From Candidatus Latescibacterota bacterium (GTDB lineage: Bacteria > Latescibacterota > UBA2968), in contig OZ242195.1 of assembly GCA_965205975.1 (NCBI GenBank), positions 3,648,001 through 3,712,000 of the forward strand: a stretch of 64,000 nucleotides of DNA, written 5' to 3'. Below are positions 18,809 to 29,314 of the stretch, in pieces. Position 1 is the first letter of the stretch; each line of letters begins with the position of its first letter. Under the pieces are notes generated by a model. The model was not told the origin of the DNA, did no database searches, and was given only the letters and a program-made list of their open reading frames with translations. The translations under genes were made by a program, and so were the position numbers.

Positions 18809-19741
18809 ATGGCTGAATTTGATACGATATCCAAACATCTGATTCAGAAATACCCCAGTGACTTTGCTGGCTTTACCCTCGGGCGTGATGATGTTGAAGT
18901 TCTTGCTGTCATGGACACAGAGCAATACACTGTTGAAGCACGCCAAACCGATAGCCTGATTCGCGTGCGTATGGATGGTGAGGAGGTATTGGTCCACAAC
19001 GAGTTTCAAACAACGGATAGCACCAATCCACCTATGCCTCGCCGCATGGCGGGCTATATCGGACATGCGATTCGGCAATACGGCCTGCCGATATATTCCA
19101 ATGTCATCTACCTGCGTCCCAATGCGGGGCAGCGCGATACCGGGTACTATGTCCAGGCGCATCTCGACTACGAAATCACGATTCGGTATCGCGTGATCAG
19201 ACTGATTGAGATAGAAGGTCAACCCATCCTGAGCGGGAGACATTCAGGACTGATTCCATTCACACCGTTGATGAAGCCCCCTGAAGGGGTGGCTTCGGAT
19301 GCGTGGTTGCATCAGTGTATTCACACGGCTCGGACGCGTTCCATAGATCGGTCATATAGGGCGGATTATCTGGCTGGCATGGTGGCGTTGAGCGAGTTGG
19401 TATATGCGTCTGAAACGATTTCTAATATTATTTTCCAGGAGGGCATCATGGACATCTTGCGCGAATCATCACTTTTTCAATCCCTTACTCAGGAAAGTAG
19501 AGAGAAAGCCAGAGAAGAGGGCATTGAAGAGGGCATTGAGCAAGGTTTTGAGCAGGGGGGCAGGCAACGCACCATCGAAGCTATCCTCGAAGTGCTGGAG
19601 ATTCGATTTGACCTGAACGAAGCGCACCCCCTATCCACCCGCATTGCCGCCATTGACGATCTGCAACGCCTCAAGCAGTTGCACCGTGCGGCGATACAGG
19701 TGCCCAATCTCGAAGCATTTCAGCGCATATTGGATACGTGA
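18809..19741 (+). CDS. Rpn family (recombination-promoting nuclease/putative transposase) PD-(D/E)XK protein
   Basis: D..SK.L, R.TD, HNEFQ, MP.RM..Y, C-terminal EEG.EEG.EQG repeats and LE.RF domain. Confidence 0.8.
   Translation: MAEFDTISKHLIQKYPSDFAGFTLGRDDVEVLAVMDTEQYTVEARQTDSLIRVRMDGEEVLVHNEFQTTDSTNPPMPRRMAGYIGHAIRQYGLPIYSNVIYLRPNAGQRDTGYYVQAHLDYEITIRYRVIRLIEIEGQPILSGRHSGLIPFTPLMKPPEGVASDAWLHQCIHTARTRSIDRSYRADYLAGMVALSELVYASETISNIIFQEGIMDILRESSLFQSLTQESREKAREEGIEEGIEQGFEQGGRQRTIEAILEVLEIRFDLNEAHPLSTRIAAIDDLQRLKQLHRAAIQVPNLEAFQRILDT
19448..19741 (+). CDS. Putative internal small Rpn C-terminal protein (RpnS-like, 97 aa)
   Basis: AGGAGG at 19437-19442, 5 nt before an in-frame ATG (MDILRES...). 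Confidence 0.55.
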   Translation: MDILRESSLFQSLTQESREKAREEGIEEGIEQGFEQGGRQRTIEAILEVLEIRFDLNEAHPLSTRIAAIDDLQRLKQLHRAAIQVPNLEAFQRILDT

Positions 19742-19776
19742 CGTGATTTCCATAGAACAAAGGGGAAGGACACAAA

Positions 19777-20625
19777 ATGAACATCTCGCTCACATCAACA
19801 GAGCAAAGCTCTGGCGAACTGGCAAAAGACAAATTGGCAAATGCGATAGAGGCAATACGGCACGACGGCTATGTCATCATCGAGCAAGTGGTGAACCACG
19901 CGATCCTCGACGCCCTCAAAACGCGCATGGATGAAGACTCTGCAAAGCTGATTGAGGCACAAAAATGGGGTGGCGCAGGTGGTGTACAGGGTCATTTACA
20001 GCAAGGTCCGCCACCATTTGACCCATACCTATCCCCAGACATCCTCGTCAATCCCTATGCCGTTCAGATCTCACGAGAAATGCTGGGCACAGGGTTCTAC
20101 TGCTGCTTTTACAACGGCAACACCAATACCCCAAACAGCACCTTTCAACCTCTTCATTCTGACGGCGTTCACCTCTGGGGAGAGCAAAACCGCCCCCATC
20201 CAGCAACCCAACTCATCATCAACATCTTTCCCCAGGACACATCTGACAAAAACGGATCGACACAAATCTGGCCAGGCTCACACCTCGACATGCGCCCGGT
20301 AACAGACGAAACAGAAGCCGATCGTCAATCCTTTTCCCCACCCATTCAGGCCACCCTCCAAAAAGGCGACATCTTGATTCGCGACTCACGCCTCTGGCAT
20401 CGCGGCGTACCAAATCCATCTGATCACAACCGCCACATGATCGCAGTTGTTTACAACATCGGCTGGCTGGTCAAACGGCGCACGCTCTTCTTTGATAAAA
20501 GCAGTAAAAAAATATTCGAAGCAAGCGGCGTTGATCCCAATGCCGAATTCATCGATCCCCCGTTCGAATACCTATTTGAAATGGCGTGCAGAAAAATAAA
20601 AAACGACCCCATGCGAGGCGTCTAA
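19777..20625 (+). CDS. Phytanoyl-CoA dioxygenase family protein
   Basis: DGYV, QPLHSD, NGST.IWPGSH, LWHRG..N.S...R. Confidence 0.85.
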   Translation: MNISLTSTEQSSGELAKDKLANAIEAIRHDGYVIIEQVVNHAILDALKTRMDEDSAKLIEAQKWGGAGGVQGHLQQGPPPFDPYLSPDILVNPYAVQISREMLGTGFYCCFYNGNTNTPNSTFQPLHSDGVHLWGEQNRPHPATQLIINIFPQDTSDKNGSTQIWPGSHLDMRPVTDETEADRQSFSPPIQATLQKGDILIRDSRLWHRGVPNPSDHNRHMIAVVYNIGWLVKRRTLFFDKSSKKIFEASGVDPNAEFIDPPFEYLFEMACRKIKNDPMRGV

Positions 20626-21476
20626 TCCGCTTCATTCTCGCTCGGCATAACCGCCCAATCGGTACGCAGTTCGACAGCGAGGTCAGCCGGTGGTTGCATG
20701 AACCGCTTAACCCGGACACTGGCTTTGGCCTGGCGTCTGGGTCCGGCCAGTTTCCAGGCGTTGTAATGAAATTTCCCTTCGGGTTGCATCACGCGGACAT
20801 TCAACGTACGGCGTGGCTTCCGGGTCTGGTTCATGCCAGCGCAGTGCAGACAGGCCGCATTGACCACCAGCAGATCACCTGGATCGCCGATAACCTGGAC
20901 TCTGTTGCTATAGTAATTCGGGTTGGAATCCGGCACCTCGGGGTTTTCATCAGCCTTGAAGCGATGAGTACCCGGTATCACAGAAGTCGCACCGTTTTCC
21001 GCCGTGTACCCATCGAGCAAAAAAAAGAACCACAGCCCCCTGTGCTTGCCATTGGCGGTAAGGCCGGGGCGGAAATCGCGATGGATGCCTTCAGACTGCT
21101 CTCCCGGGTTGTAGCGTTGGGTATTGGCGACAAGGTCAGAGAAGTGGTAGGTACCCAGGGCATGCTCGCAAATCGCGTGAACAGTGCCGTGGTCGAGCAA
21201 TTCTATCGCCGCATCGCCCCACAAAAAACAGGCACGGGCATTGGGATTCAGGTCGAATTTGCGGGTCCCGTACCTGTCGCCGATATTCACATCGGACAGC
21301 TTCATCCCGCCGCGCCAGGCGGCAATATAGTCATCGGCGGCACGCTGGGCGATATCGCGCAAAGGATTGAGGTATTCATGTGCGATCTGGTTCCGTATAA
21401 TGGTATAGCCGTCGCGATCGAGATTGGCGAGGTGTTCGTCCAGTTCGCTATCGCCGAGGGGATGGACGGGTCGCAT
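20622..21476 (-). CDS. Phytanoyl-CoA dioxygenase family protein
   Basis: DGYT, IHRD, NGAT.VIPGTH, LHCAG.N.T..PRR; 4-bp convergent overlap. Confidence 0.85.
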   Translation of the reverse strand: MRPVHPLGDSELDEHLANLDRDGYTIIRNQIAHEYLNPLRDIAQRAADDYIAAWRGGMKLSDVNIGDRYGTRKFDLNPNARACFLWGDAAIELLDHGTVHAICEHALGTYHFSDLVANTQRYNPGEQSEGIHRDFRPGLTANGKHRGLWFFFLLDGYTAENGATSVIPGTHRFKADENPEVPDSNPNYYSNRVQVIGDPGDLLVVNAACLHCAGMNQTRKPRRTLNVRVMQPEGKFHYNAWKLAGPRRQAKASVRVKRFMQPPADLAVELRTDWAVMPSENEAD

Positions 21477-21493
21477 GGGCTGGTCTCCTTATC

Positions 21494-22777
21494 TCATTCT
21501 GCCTGCTTTTGTTGATTTCGCAAAATCTCGTCGAGGAGTGGCAGCCCTTTGAGCCGCGCTTTCCAGTTTCGAGGCTGTTTTTCGGCAAGACTCATAATGC
21601 CTTTGTTGTATTTAAAACCCTCGCTGGTCACATTCTCAATAATCGGATGCCAACTATCCCCCGTACGGTCTCTCACAACCCCGACAGAGGGACCTCTAAC
21701 CCGTTTGATCTTCCTGTCATTCTTATCAAACCGTAGCTCTTTCAGGTATTCCTCCGGAACATTCGCAAGTCCCTTGAGTGCAATGGCCGCGTTTGTCCCA
21801 AATATCGCATGGATATTCTTTACTGTAGTCCCATCTGCAAACACACCGGGTTTATAACGCTCATCCGCCTGATTCCGTGTCTCCACAAAACCAGGTCCCA
21901 TCGTCACAGCGAAAGCACAGCTCTTCACAGTCACACCGTCGATCTTGACAACGCCATTTTGAGCTTTGTGTGGTCCAAGCAACACCGCAGTACTGCCGTT
22001 CTCACAATATAGATTCTCTGCCGTAATATCATGCACCCCGCCATTATGCCCGCCAGCACCCGTCTCCAGTCTAAAAGTCACTCCACCGCCAATGGCTTCG
22101 AGATTTTCAAAATGGATGGTCTCCCCCGCATGCATCTGAACCAAACCGTATCCCGGGCTGGAATTAGTACTTCTCAAGTTTCTCGCCAGACCATCGGTGG
22201 GCCTGAAAACGTCCCCGCTTTCGACATCCCTATCCCTGGACGGCGTAAAAATGAATGCAGAATAAGTGGTAAAACTATCCTTAACATCAATATCTGAGAG
22301 CAGAAAATTTTTGACCTTCCTGCTATTGACCGTCCGTATGCCTTCCCCCGCCATACTTCCGCGATCTGAATAATCGACAATAAACTTACCGCCCAGCCCG
22401 CGAATACTGACATTCTCTATGGATTCGGCATTCCTCCCTGTACCCAATCCAAAAACAATGGTCTTCGTACCTTTGGGCCAATAGGGTTTGATAACCGTGT
22501 CTTTCTCGATCAACAGGTGCACATTGGACTTCAAGTTGATGCCTCCAAAACGATAAACCCCTTTCGGAACAATCAGGCGTCCACCACCTTTTGCCGAGAC
22601 CTCATCAATCGCTTTTTGCAATCGCTCACTCTGATTGCTCTCAGCCCCATCATCAACCAGTCCGAAATCCGTCTTCAGATTCATCGTCAAACCGTCTGGA
22701 TCCATGGTCTCCACATATGCCGCCTCTGAAACCGCGGCCATTACAAGCACGGTCAGGATCAACAATATGGTCTTCAT
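21494..22777 (-). CDS. Secreted beta-helix glycoside hydrolase, iota-carrageenase-like (GH82)
   Basis: Signal peptide; LQKAID....GGG.L..PKG.Y; GYGLVQ, GGVTFRLETG, AVLLGPH...NG, SC..AV...GFVE match GH82 motifs as I recall them. Confidence 0.78.
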   Translation of the reverse strand: MKTILLILTVLVMAAVSEAAYVETMDPDGLTMNLKTDFGLVDDGAESNQSERLQKAIDEVSAKGGGRLIVPKGVYRFGGINLKSNVHLLIEKDTVIKPYWPKGTKTIVFGLGTGRNAESIENVSIRGLGGKFIVDYSDRGSMAGEGIRTVNSRKVKNFLLSDIDVKDSFTTYSAFIFTPSRDRDVESGDVFRPTDGLARNLRSTNSSPGYGLVQMHAGETIHFENLEAIGGGVTFRLETGAGGHNGGVHDITAENLYCENGSTAVLLGPHKAQNGVVKIDGVTVKSCAFAVTMGPGFVETRNQADERYKPGVFADGTTVKNIHAIFGTNAAIALKGLANVPEEYLKELRFDKNDRKIKRVRGPSVGVVRDRTGDSWHPIIENVTSEGFKYNKGIMSLAEKQPRNWKARLKGLPLLDEILRNQQKQAE

Positions 22778-22789
22778 GATTTTCTCCCC

Positions 22790-24556
22790 TCATTTACGTG
22801 CAACATAAACGTAATAGGCACCGCAGATGGGCTGGCTGCGCTCGTCGTCGAACCAGGTGTGCAAAAGCGTAGGACCCGGCTCCAGATCTACGGTAAACAC
22901 AACACCCCGATCGTCTGGCTCAGCGGGCCTGGCGTAGAAGCGTCCACCGATCAGCACACGCGCTCTGGCAATCGGCAGCGCAATTCCCGCTTTCAATTCA
23001 CCGTCGGTCAATTGAGCCGCCTGGCAAGCCTCTCTCAGCTTGAGACCGCTCTCTCTCGGCCAGCGCCGCAGTTCAAAAGTGTACTTGCCGGCGGCTTCAA
23101 CCATCAGGTGCCAGTAACTGTTCTTCCGCACGGCCGTCCTCACCTGCCGCTGCTGATCCACAAAGACATCCTTCCACTCGCAGGCCGATAGCGTCATCGG
23201 ATTCTCGGCCTCACTGCCGATGGTAATCCGCTGCACTTGATTGGCGACCGGTTCCACTTCTCGCCACCAGGCATCCAGATAATCCTGCATCTGCCGGACA
23301 ATGTCAGGGTGCTGATCGGCAACGTCGAGATTCTGTTCGGGGTCGCTATCCAGATCATACAGTGCCGTTCCTTCAAGCAAGCGCCACCGTTTCCAGAGCA
23401 CAGCAGCACCCTCGCGTCTTATGAAAGAAGGGCTGTCAGGCGTCGGGTAGTCCAACTCCCCGGGCATACGGCTGTAATTCACCGTCAACATGCGATCTTC
23501 CGGCACCTGCTCCGCACCCCGCAAAACCGGAGATAGGCTAATCCCGTCCAAACGCAATTCAGCCGGCGATTCCAGCCCACAAAGCTCAATCAAAGTCGGC
23601 AAAATGTCCTGCACCTGAGTCAGTCCATCAATCTCCCGGGGTCTGCCCAGATCACCATTTGGCCAATGTAAGAAAAACGGTACCCGGTGCCCACCTTCCC
23701 ATAGCTCGCACTTTTTACCCCGCATCCCGGCATTGTAATAGACAGAACCAAAAGTACTGCCATTATCAGTCATAAAAATCAGGATTGTATTCCTATCTAC
23801 ATCCCGTTCTTGCAGAAAGCGTCGAAGCGCACCGACCTGAGTATCCAAATTTCGAATCATAGCGAGAAAACGAATGATATTCTCTCGCAAATTTTCGGGA
23901 AGTGCAGGCAACAGGTGTTCACCCTCTGCAAATGCCGCCTCAATGGCCTCGCGGTCTTCGGCAGGCACAAAAAGTGGGGCGTGAGGGGCATTGGTCGGCA
24001 GGAAAGTAAAAAAGGGTTCTGAAGCCGCTATTCGTGCTTGCATCCACGCTTTTGCCGCGTTAAAAAAGACCTCGGTACAGTATCCTTCCTGTCGTACGCG
24101 AGAACCATTGTGACAGTATATATCATCGAAGTAATCGTTCTCCCAGTAGTCGGGCACAGAACTGATGTGAGAGGATGGAAACCAGAGACTTTCCTCAAAA
24201 CCGCGATCCTGAGGACGGTACGGATAGTTGTCGCCCAGATGCCATTTGCCAAACACACCTGTTCGGTAACCGTTCGACCGGAAAATATCGGCCATAGTCG
24301 GCAAATCTGGTCGCAGAAGCGAGCGTCCGCTGCTCACGTTCACCGCGCCATTGCGTGCCGCATCAAGTCCGCTCAGCAATTGACCGCGAGTAGGCGTACA
24401 CATGGGCGCAACGTGAAAATCCATCAGCCGAATACTTTCCCCGTGCAAGCTGTCCAGGTTCGGCGTCCGGGCAACAGGATTGCCGTGACAGCCCAGATCG
24501 CCATACCCCTGATCGTCGGTAATGATCAAAATCACATTGGGTTGTGCGGGTTTCAT
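22790..24556 (-). CDS. Arylsulfatase (S1 family) with C-terminal extension
   Basis: PNVILIITDDQGYGD, CTPTR, GKWHLG, TDNG, EGGHRVP. Confidence 0.92.
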   Translation of the reverse strand: MKPAQPNVILIITDDQGYGDLGCHGNPVARTPNLDSLHGESIRLMDFHVAPMCTPTRGQLLSGLDAARNGAVNVSSGRSLLRPDLPTMADIFRSNGYRTGVFGKWHLGDNYPYRPQDRGFEESLWFPSSHISSVPDYWENDYFDDIYCHNGSRVRQEGYCTEVFFNAAKAWMQARIAASEPFFTFLPTNAPHAPLFVPAEDREAIEAAFAEGEHLLPALPENLRENIIRFLAMIRNLDTQVGALRRFLQERDVDRNTILIFMTDNGSTFGSVYYNAGMRGKKCELWEGGHRVPFFLHWPNGDLGRPREIDGLTQVQDILPTLIELCGLESPAELRLDGISLSPVLRGAEQVPEDRMLTVNYSRMPGELDYPTPDSPSFIRREGAAVLWKRWRLLEGTALYDLDSDPEQNLDVADQHPDIVRQMQDYLDAWWREVEPVANQVQRITIGSEAENPMTLSACEWKDVFVDQQRQVRTAVRKNSYWHLMVEAAGKYTFELRRWPRESGLKLREACQAAQLTDGELKAGIALPIARARVLIGGRFYARPAEPDDRGVVFTVDLEPGPTLLHTWFDDERSQPICGAYYVYVARK

Positions 24557-24620
24557 CTGTCTCTTTCTTTATTGATCGGGTTTCGCCAAACAGCTTGAAT
24601 CCAAAATCGGATACCCAGTT

Positions 24621-26591
24621 CTACTTCCACACAATGGGCATCCAAACCGTCATTTCACTTTGCCCCCGATTGCACCATGAATAATAGGGGACGAATTGGG
24701 TTTGAATGGTTTCCCACTCGGGTTTGACCAGCGTCCGATACATGCCTTCTTTTAGATCTCTGCGCAAAGCAACGTTGCCGCTTATCGTCGTCAGACCGCC
24801 GAGCAATTCCGGCTGGTATTCTGCTTTTAAGTCGGAAGGGACCGGCAGATACACATCCAGAATGCCCGTGTTTTCCGGAAGGTCAGGCGATTCAATGCAG
24901 TACACTACAGGGCCGCGTTTAATCGCTACCTGATTGCGGGTTTCTTCAATACGTGGATGGCCTTCAATCAGCGCAATATCCATCGGCATTTCCAGTGCAA
25001 CAACATCACCCGCTTTCCAGGCAAGTTCAATTCTGGCAAAAGTTCCAGGTACCGCTTCAACACCAGCATCTCTCCCGTTTACCGCAATTCTGGTGCCTAT
25101 CGCCCATTCGGGAATGCGCAGCAGCATTTCAAAGGGCTTGTCCTTGCATTTCTCTATCGTGATTTTCACTGCGCCATCCCACGGATACTGGGAATCCTGT
25201 TTCAGCCTGATCTTCGATCCGTCCAGCATCTGGGTATCCAGTTTGTTCCCCCCGTACAGATTTACCGCAATGCCGTTCTCTGCCAGGCTGTATGCCCATC
25301 CAGACGACCTGGCAATGGTTCGAACAAGGTTGGGTGGACAGCAAAAACACTTGATATAGGGCAACCGAATAGCCGTCTCCGTAGGCGTCCTTGAATAATC
25401 ACGCCCTTCACGGTTCATACGAAGCGGGTTGGCGTAGAAATAGTGCTTGCCATCACTGCTGATGCCAGAAAGCGCACTGTTATATAAAACCAATTCCACA
25501 ACATCGGCATATTTGCTTTCGCCCTTCAAGCTCAGCATACGCCAGTTGAACATGGCATTGCCGATATTCGCACACGTCTCATTATAAGCCGTCGAATTCG
25601 GCATCATATATTCGTCGATAAATGCTTCATGGACAAAATCCACCCGAGAAGATGCGCCGTGATGCGCCTGTCCGACAGCGCCTGTTACATACATCTTCTT
25701 ATCGGTCACATTTGCCCACAGCCGCTCAAGAGCATCTATCAGGGCCTTCTCCCCAGTTTCTGCATACACATCCGCAACGCCAGCATAGAGGTACATAGCC
25801 AGGACTGCGTGACCAACGGCCTCTGTCTCCTCGCGAATAGAAACCCGATCCTGACACATATCGCCTTCGAACCTTGGGTTGACAGTCGGAGCCTGTACGG
25901 GACCATCTCCTCTCATGTTGACAAATATCTCGGCCAGCTCGAGATAACGCGCGTCTCTGGTCGTTCGATAAAGCTCTACCAATCCCATAATCTGAGAGGG
26001 ATTGAAACCAAAACGCGCCAGTTCCTTTGGACGAGGTTGGAAAACCCCATACAGATAGTCTGCATGTTTAACAGCGATATCCAGGAAGTTGGTCTTTCCA
26101 GTTACTCGATAATGAATACATGCACTGGTCAGCAAATGACCACTGTTGTAAAGTTCGTGGTACTGGCGATTGGAAAACCGATCGAACCCATTGATGGTAA
26201 CGTGGGTCGATAGATAGCCATCATCTTCCTGAGCCTTTCCGATGATTTCGATAATCTCATCCAGTTCCTCAACAATCTTCTCATCCCTATTGACCCCATA
26301 GACATACATGGCGGATTCCATCCACTTGTAGAAATCGCCATCGTGCCACCAGTGACCCTTATGCTCGCCTTCCTTGAGACCAGCAGCAATTTTAAAATTG
26401 TTGTAGCCATGCCCGATATCGCCTTTGAGCAACGTGCCCATATAGGGCACCATCACCTCTTCACATAACCGATATTTGTCCGCCCAAAATCCATCCGTCC
26501 ACTGGCAGTCGCCAATGTTGATACTCTTGAGCACAACATGTGGGCTTTCCTCGTTATTGACGATGCCCTGCGGTTGGATTCGCTTTCCCAT
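24621..26591 (-). CDS. GH127 glycoside hydrolase (possible 3,6-anhydro-D-galactosidase)
   Basis: DGDFYKW.E, HELYN.GH, GHAV, YNETCA, CFCCPPN, RGP.VYC.E. Confidence 0.88.
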   Translation of the reverse strand: MGKRIQPQGIVNNEESPHVVLKSINIGDCQWTDGFWADKYRLCEEVMVPYMGTLLKGDIGHGYNNFKIAAGLKEGEHKGHWWHDGDFYKWMESAMYVYGVNRDEKIVEELDEIIEIIGKAQEDDGYLSTHVTINGFDRFSNRQYHELYNSGHLLTSACIHYRVTGKTNFLDIAVKHADYLYGVFQPRPKELARFGFNPSQIMGLVELYRTTRDARYLELAEIFVNMRGDGPVQAPTVNPRFEGDMCQDRVSIREETEAVGHAVLAMYLYAGVADVYAETGEKALIDALERLWANVTDKKMYVTGAVGQAHHGASSRVDFVHEAFIDEYMMPNSTAYNETCANIGNAMFNWRMLSLKGESKYADVVELVLYNSALSGISSDGKHYFYANPLRMNREGRDYSRTPTETAIRLPYIKCFCCPPNLVRTIARSSGWAYSLAENGIAVNLYGGNKLDTQMLDGSKIRLKQDSQYPWDGAVKITIEKCKDKPFEMLLRIPEWAIGTRIAVNGRDAGVEAVPGTFARIELAWKAGDVVALEMPMDIALIEGHPRIEETRNQVAIKRGPVVYCIESPDLPENTGILDVYLPVPSDLKAEYQPELLGGLTTISGNVALRRDLKEGMYRTLVKPEWETIQTQFVPYYSWCNRGQSEMTVWMPIVWK

Positions 26592-26631
26592 AAGAATTAT
26601 CCTGGCGTTGGTAAAACAATATTCCTCACCC

Positions 26632-28074
26632 TCAATACGGATGCGTCCGCACTGGCAGAGGATCGCGCGCTTTGATGATGCGTTCCATCAGTTCGTCTTT
26701 CAACTGGCGCTTGACCTGCTCCCTGCCAGCATCATCCCACAGATTGACAAATTCGTTGGGGTCAGATTCGAGATCGTACAATTCGCCATACCCCTTCCCA
26801 ACGTAGTAGCTATAGCGCCATTTCAGCGACCGAAGTGTATATACACCTGGTTCTTGCGGGACACCGGTCTGGGCAATATCCGGATTCTCTATCCCATCGA
26901 CATACGAATCTATAAAAGCCGCATCGTACCCGGTAGCGGTGCTGTCGGTAGTCAGCGCAGACACCTGGGATCGTCCCTGCACACCAGACGGCAGTATTAC
27001 ACCGGCCAGATCAGATAGTGTCGGGAAGATATCTATGGACTGCACAATATTGCCCAACCGCTTACCTTGCTGCAAACGTGAACCCCAGTTGTAAATCATC
27101 GGCACACTGGCACTTTGCTCATAATGCACAAAGCCTTTGTACCAGTCGAAATGATCACCGAGCAAATCGCCGTGATCTGCGGTGAAAGCGATGATCGTAT
27201 TTTCCCGGATTCCCAGATCATCGAGCGTTTCGAGAATACGCCCGACCGAGTCATCAATCAATGTCACCTCACCGTAATACTGGGTCCGAGCGGCAGCCAC
27301 GTTCTCATTCTGCTTGCTACGGGCCAGCGCGCGTTTGCGAACAGGTTCTGGTTTGCCATCCAATTCACCTTCTCGACGAATGGGCGCGGGCATATCAGCC
27401 TCATTGTACATCTCCCTATAAGGCGAAGGTGGATTGTAACTGTGATGCGGATCGACAAAAGAGCAAAACGCAAAGAATGGATCACCGTTCTGGTGGCAGT
27501 CCTGAATAAATCGGATGGTATGGTCTGCCGACCAGGTGCTATTGTGCAATTCCAACGGAATTTCATGATCCGGCTTGCCAGCGTGTTCTGGATAATTTTT
27601 CTCAATCCAATACGCTTGTTCGCCACGGCGACCATCGTCTCCAATATGGAATTCCTGAAATCCATAATAAGGCTCAGATCGCGTATCCATACGAGGTATC
27701 GTATGCACAAAAGGCGGCCGGTCAAAGTGACATTGAAAATGAAATTTCCCTGCGCCTCCCGTCCGATAGCCCTGTTCCATAAAAGTCTGCGCCATGGTGA
27801 TTTCATCCAGCGGCAAATCCACACCGCAATGGCGCACCCCATGTGCCAGTGGGTACCGACCTGTAAAGATCGATGCCCGGGCTGGCATACAGATCGGATG
27901 CTGGGTCCAGCACTGCTCACACAACACGCCTTCCGCCGCCAGGCGGTCAATATTCGGCGTTTGAATAACCGGATCACCGTAACAACCAAGCGCAGCCTTG
28001 CGATGCTGATCAGTCATAATGAACAATACATTGGGGCGGGAAGGGTGCAGACCCGATGATTCGCGTGCTTTCAC
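26632..28074 (-). CDS. Sulfatase (S1, choline-sulfatase-like)
   Basis: PNVLFIMTDQ, CMPAR, GKFH, TADHG; start uncertain (28074 or 28092). Confidence 0.9.
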   Translation of the reverse strand: MKARESSGLHPSRPNVLFIMTDQHRKAALGCYGDPVIQTPNIDRLAAEGVLCEQCWTQHPICMPARASIFTGRYPLAHGVRHCGVDLPLDEITMAQTFMEQGYRTGGAGKFHFQCHFDRPPFVHTIPRMDTRSEPYYGFQEFHIGDDGRRGEQAYWIEKNYPEHAGKPDHEIPLELHNSTWSADHTIRFIQDCHQNGDPFFAFCSFVDPHHSYNPPSPYREMYNEADMPAPIRREGELDGKPEPVRKRALARSKQNENVAAARTQYYGEVTLIDDSVGRILETLDDLGIRENTIIAFTADHGDLLGDHFDWYKGFVHYEQSASVPMIYNWGSRLQQGKRLGNIVQSIDIFPTLSDLAGVILPSGVQGRSQVSALTTDSTATGYDAAFIDSYVDGIENPDIAQTGVPQEPGVYTLRSLKWRYSYYVGKGYGELYDLESDPNEFVNLWDDAGREQVKRQLKDELMERIIKARDPLPVRTHPY

Positions 28075-28102
28075 AACAGTTTCACCTTTCAATGAACAAT
28101 AA

Positions 28103-29314
28103 TCAGGTCTTTTTCAGATCTTCCCTGGCCATTTGCTCCCTTTCTCGGCGCATCGCCTCACCCAATCCACTTTTGTAATAGTATTCCGGTGGCCACCAGT
28201 GCTCCGTCTGTCGCATGTTTGGAGCATCGTGGTCCTGACTCAAGTCGCAGTCAAATCGAGCCAGGATACTGTGCTTTCCTACGCCTGTAAAGTGACAAAG
28301 CCCCCACGTAATCCCACGTCCGTTGTCGGTATTGGTAAACGCATCCGGCACATAGGGTCCCGGGGCGATGGGCATCAGGCTGACAGTAGATGCGATCTCG
28401 AAATTGATTCCGTCTGGAGCGAACTGAATCGTATTGTGCTCATTCCCATGTCGAATCGCAAGCGCGGCAATCCCGCCCTTGAAGGGAAACAGACCCGTTT
28501 CATGTCCCGAATTCAACACGGGATTGAGCGGACATTTTTCAAAAGGCCCCAGCGGATCGTCGGCAATGGCCAATCCCTGCAATCGGATGTTTTGCTTCCG
28601 TGCTGCGTTCATATCCGATTTATAGTACAGATAGATTCGACCTTTGTACACCAGTGGATAGGGATCGTGAATAGAGAACTGATCCCAGGACCCTTCTGGA
28701 CCATTCGGGATCACGACCTCCTGTGTCGGTGTCCAGGGCCCATTCGGCGAATCTGCATAGGAGACCGATACAGGGCAATCATCACCGCGCGTACCCGACA
28801 TCTCCAGAAAGCTCTGATAGTAAAGATAGTATCTATCCTTCCAAACGAGAATGTCGGGAGTGGAAACAGACCGCCATCCGGCGTGCGGTTTGGCAGGTCG
28901 TGGCACCGCAACGCCCTGTTCTTCCCATACAAAACCATCTTCGCTCGTAGCATACCAGATTTCTGACAAATCCCAGTCAGTAGATGGAATCAATTCTGCG
29001 CCTCGTCCCGGACCCTGCGGAGGCGCATCCGTACTTCGCCGCGTGTACCAGACGTAATACTTGCCATCGGCTTTGATTACCTTGCTCGGATCGCGCCTCG
29101 TAAGCCTACCATCCCCCCCCCGGTAATCCAGTCCTTCAAGCTCCGTATATCGAAACTGGGAATACAGCTCATTCCACCATGTAGAAGGCTCACTGTAGTT
29201 CGCAAAAAGCCGGTCCATCGCGCGGCTCAAAGGCAAATCCGGTCTTTCTCTTGGCATAACGTACGGAAAAAACGCTATACCCTTGTTCTTCTCATCGTTC
29301 ACAGGTATCTCCAT
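28103..29314 (-). CDS. GH117 family glycoside hydrolase
   Basis: SRAMDR (SxAxxR signature), RRDPS, TPD, HDP, LYYKS, SGHE. Confidence 0.85.
   Translation of the reverse strand: MEIPVNDEKNKGIAFFPYVMPRERPDLPLSRAMDRLFANYSEPSTWWNELYSQFRYTELEGLDYRGGDGRLTRRDPSKVIKADGKYYVWYTRRSTDAPPQGPGRGAELIPSTDWDLSEIWYATSEDGFVWEEQGVAVPRPAKPHAGWRSVSTPDILVWKDRYYLYYQSFLEMSGTRGDDCPVSVSYADSPNGPWTPTQEVVIPNGPEGSWDQFSIHDPYPLVYKGRIYLYYKSDMNAARKQNIRLQGLAIADDPLGPFEKCPLNPVLNSGHETGLFPFKGGIAALAIRHGNEHNTIQFAPDGINFEIASTVSLMPIAPGPYVPDAFTNTDNGRGITWGLCHFTGVGKHSILARFDCDLSQDHDAPNMRQTEHWWPPEYYYKSGLGEAMRREREQMAREDLKKT

Noticed and set aside
18716..19243. 175-aa minus-strand ORF
   Set aside because: Antisense to the Rpn gene; no motifs.
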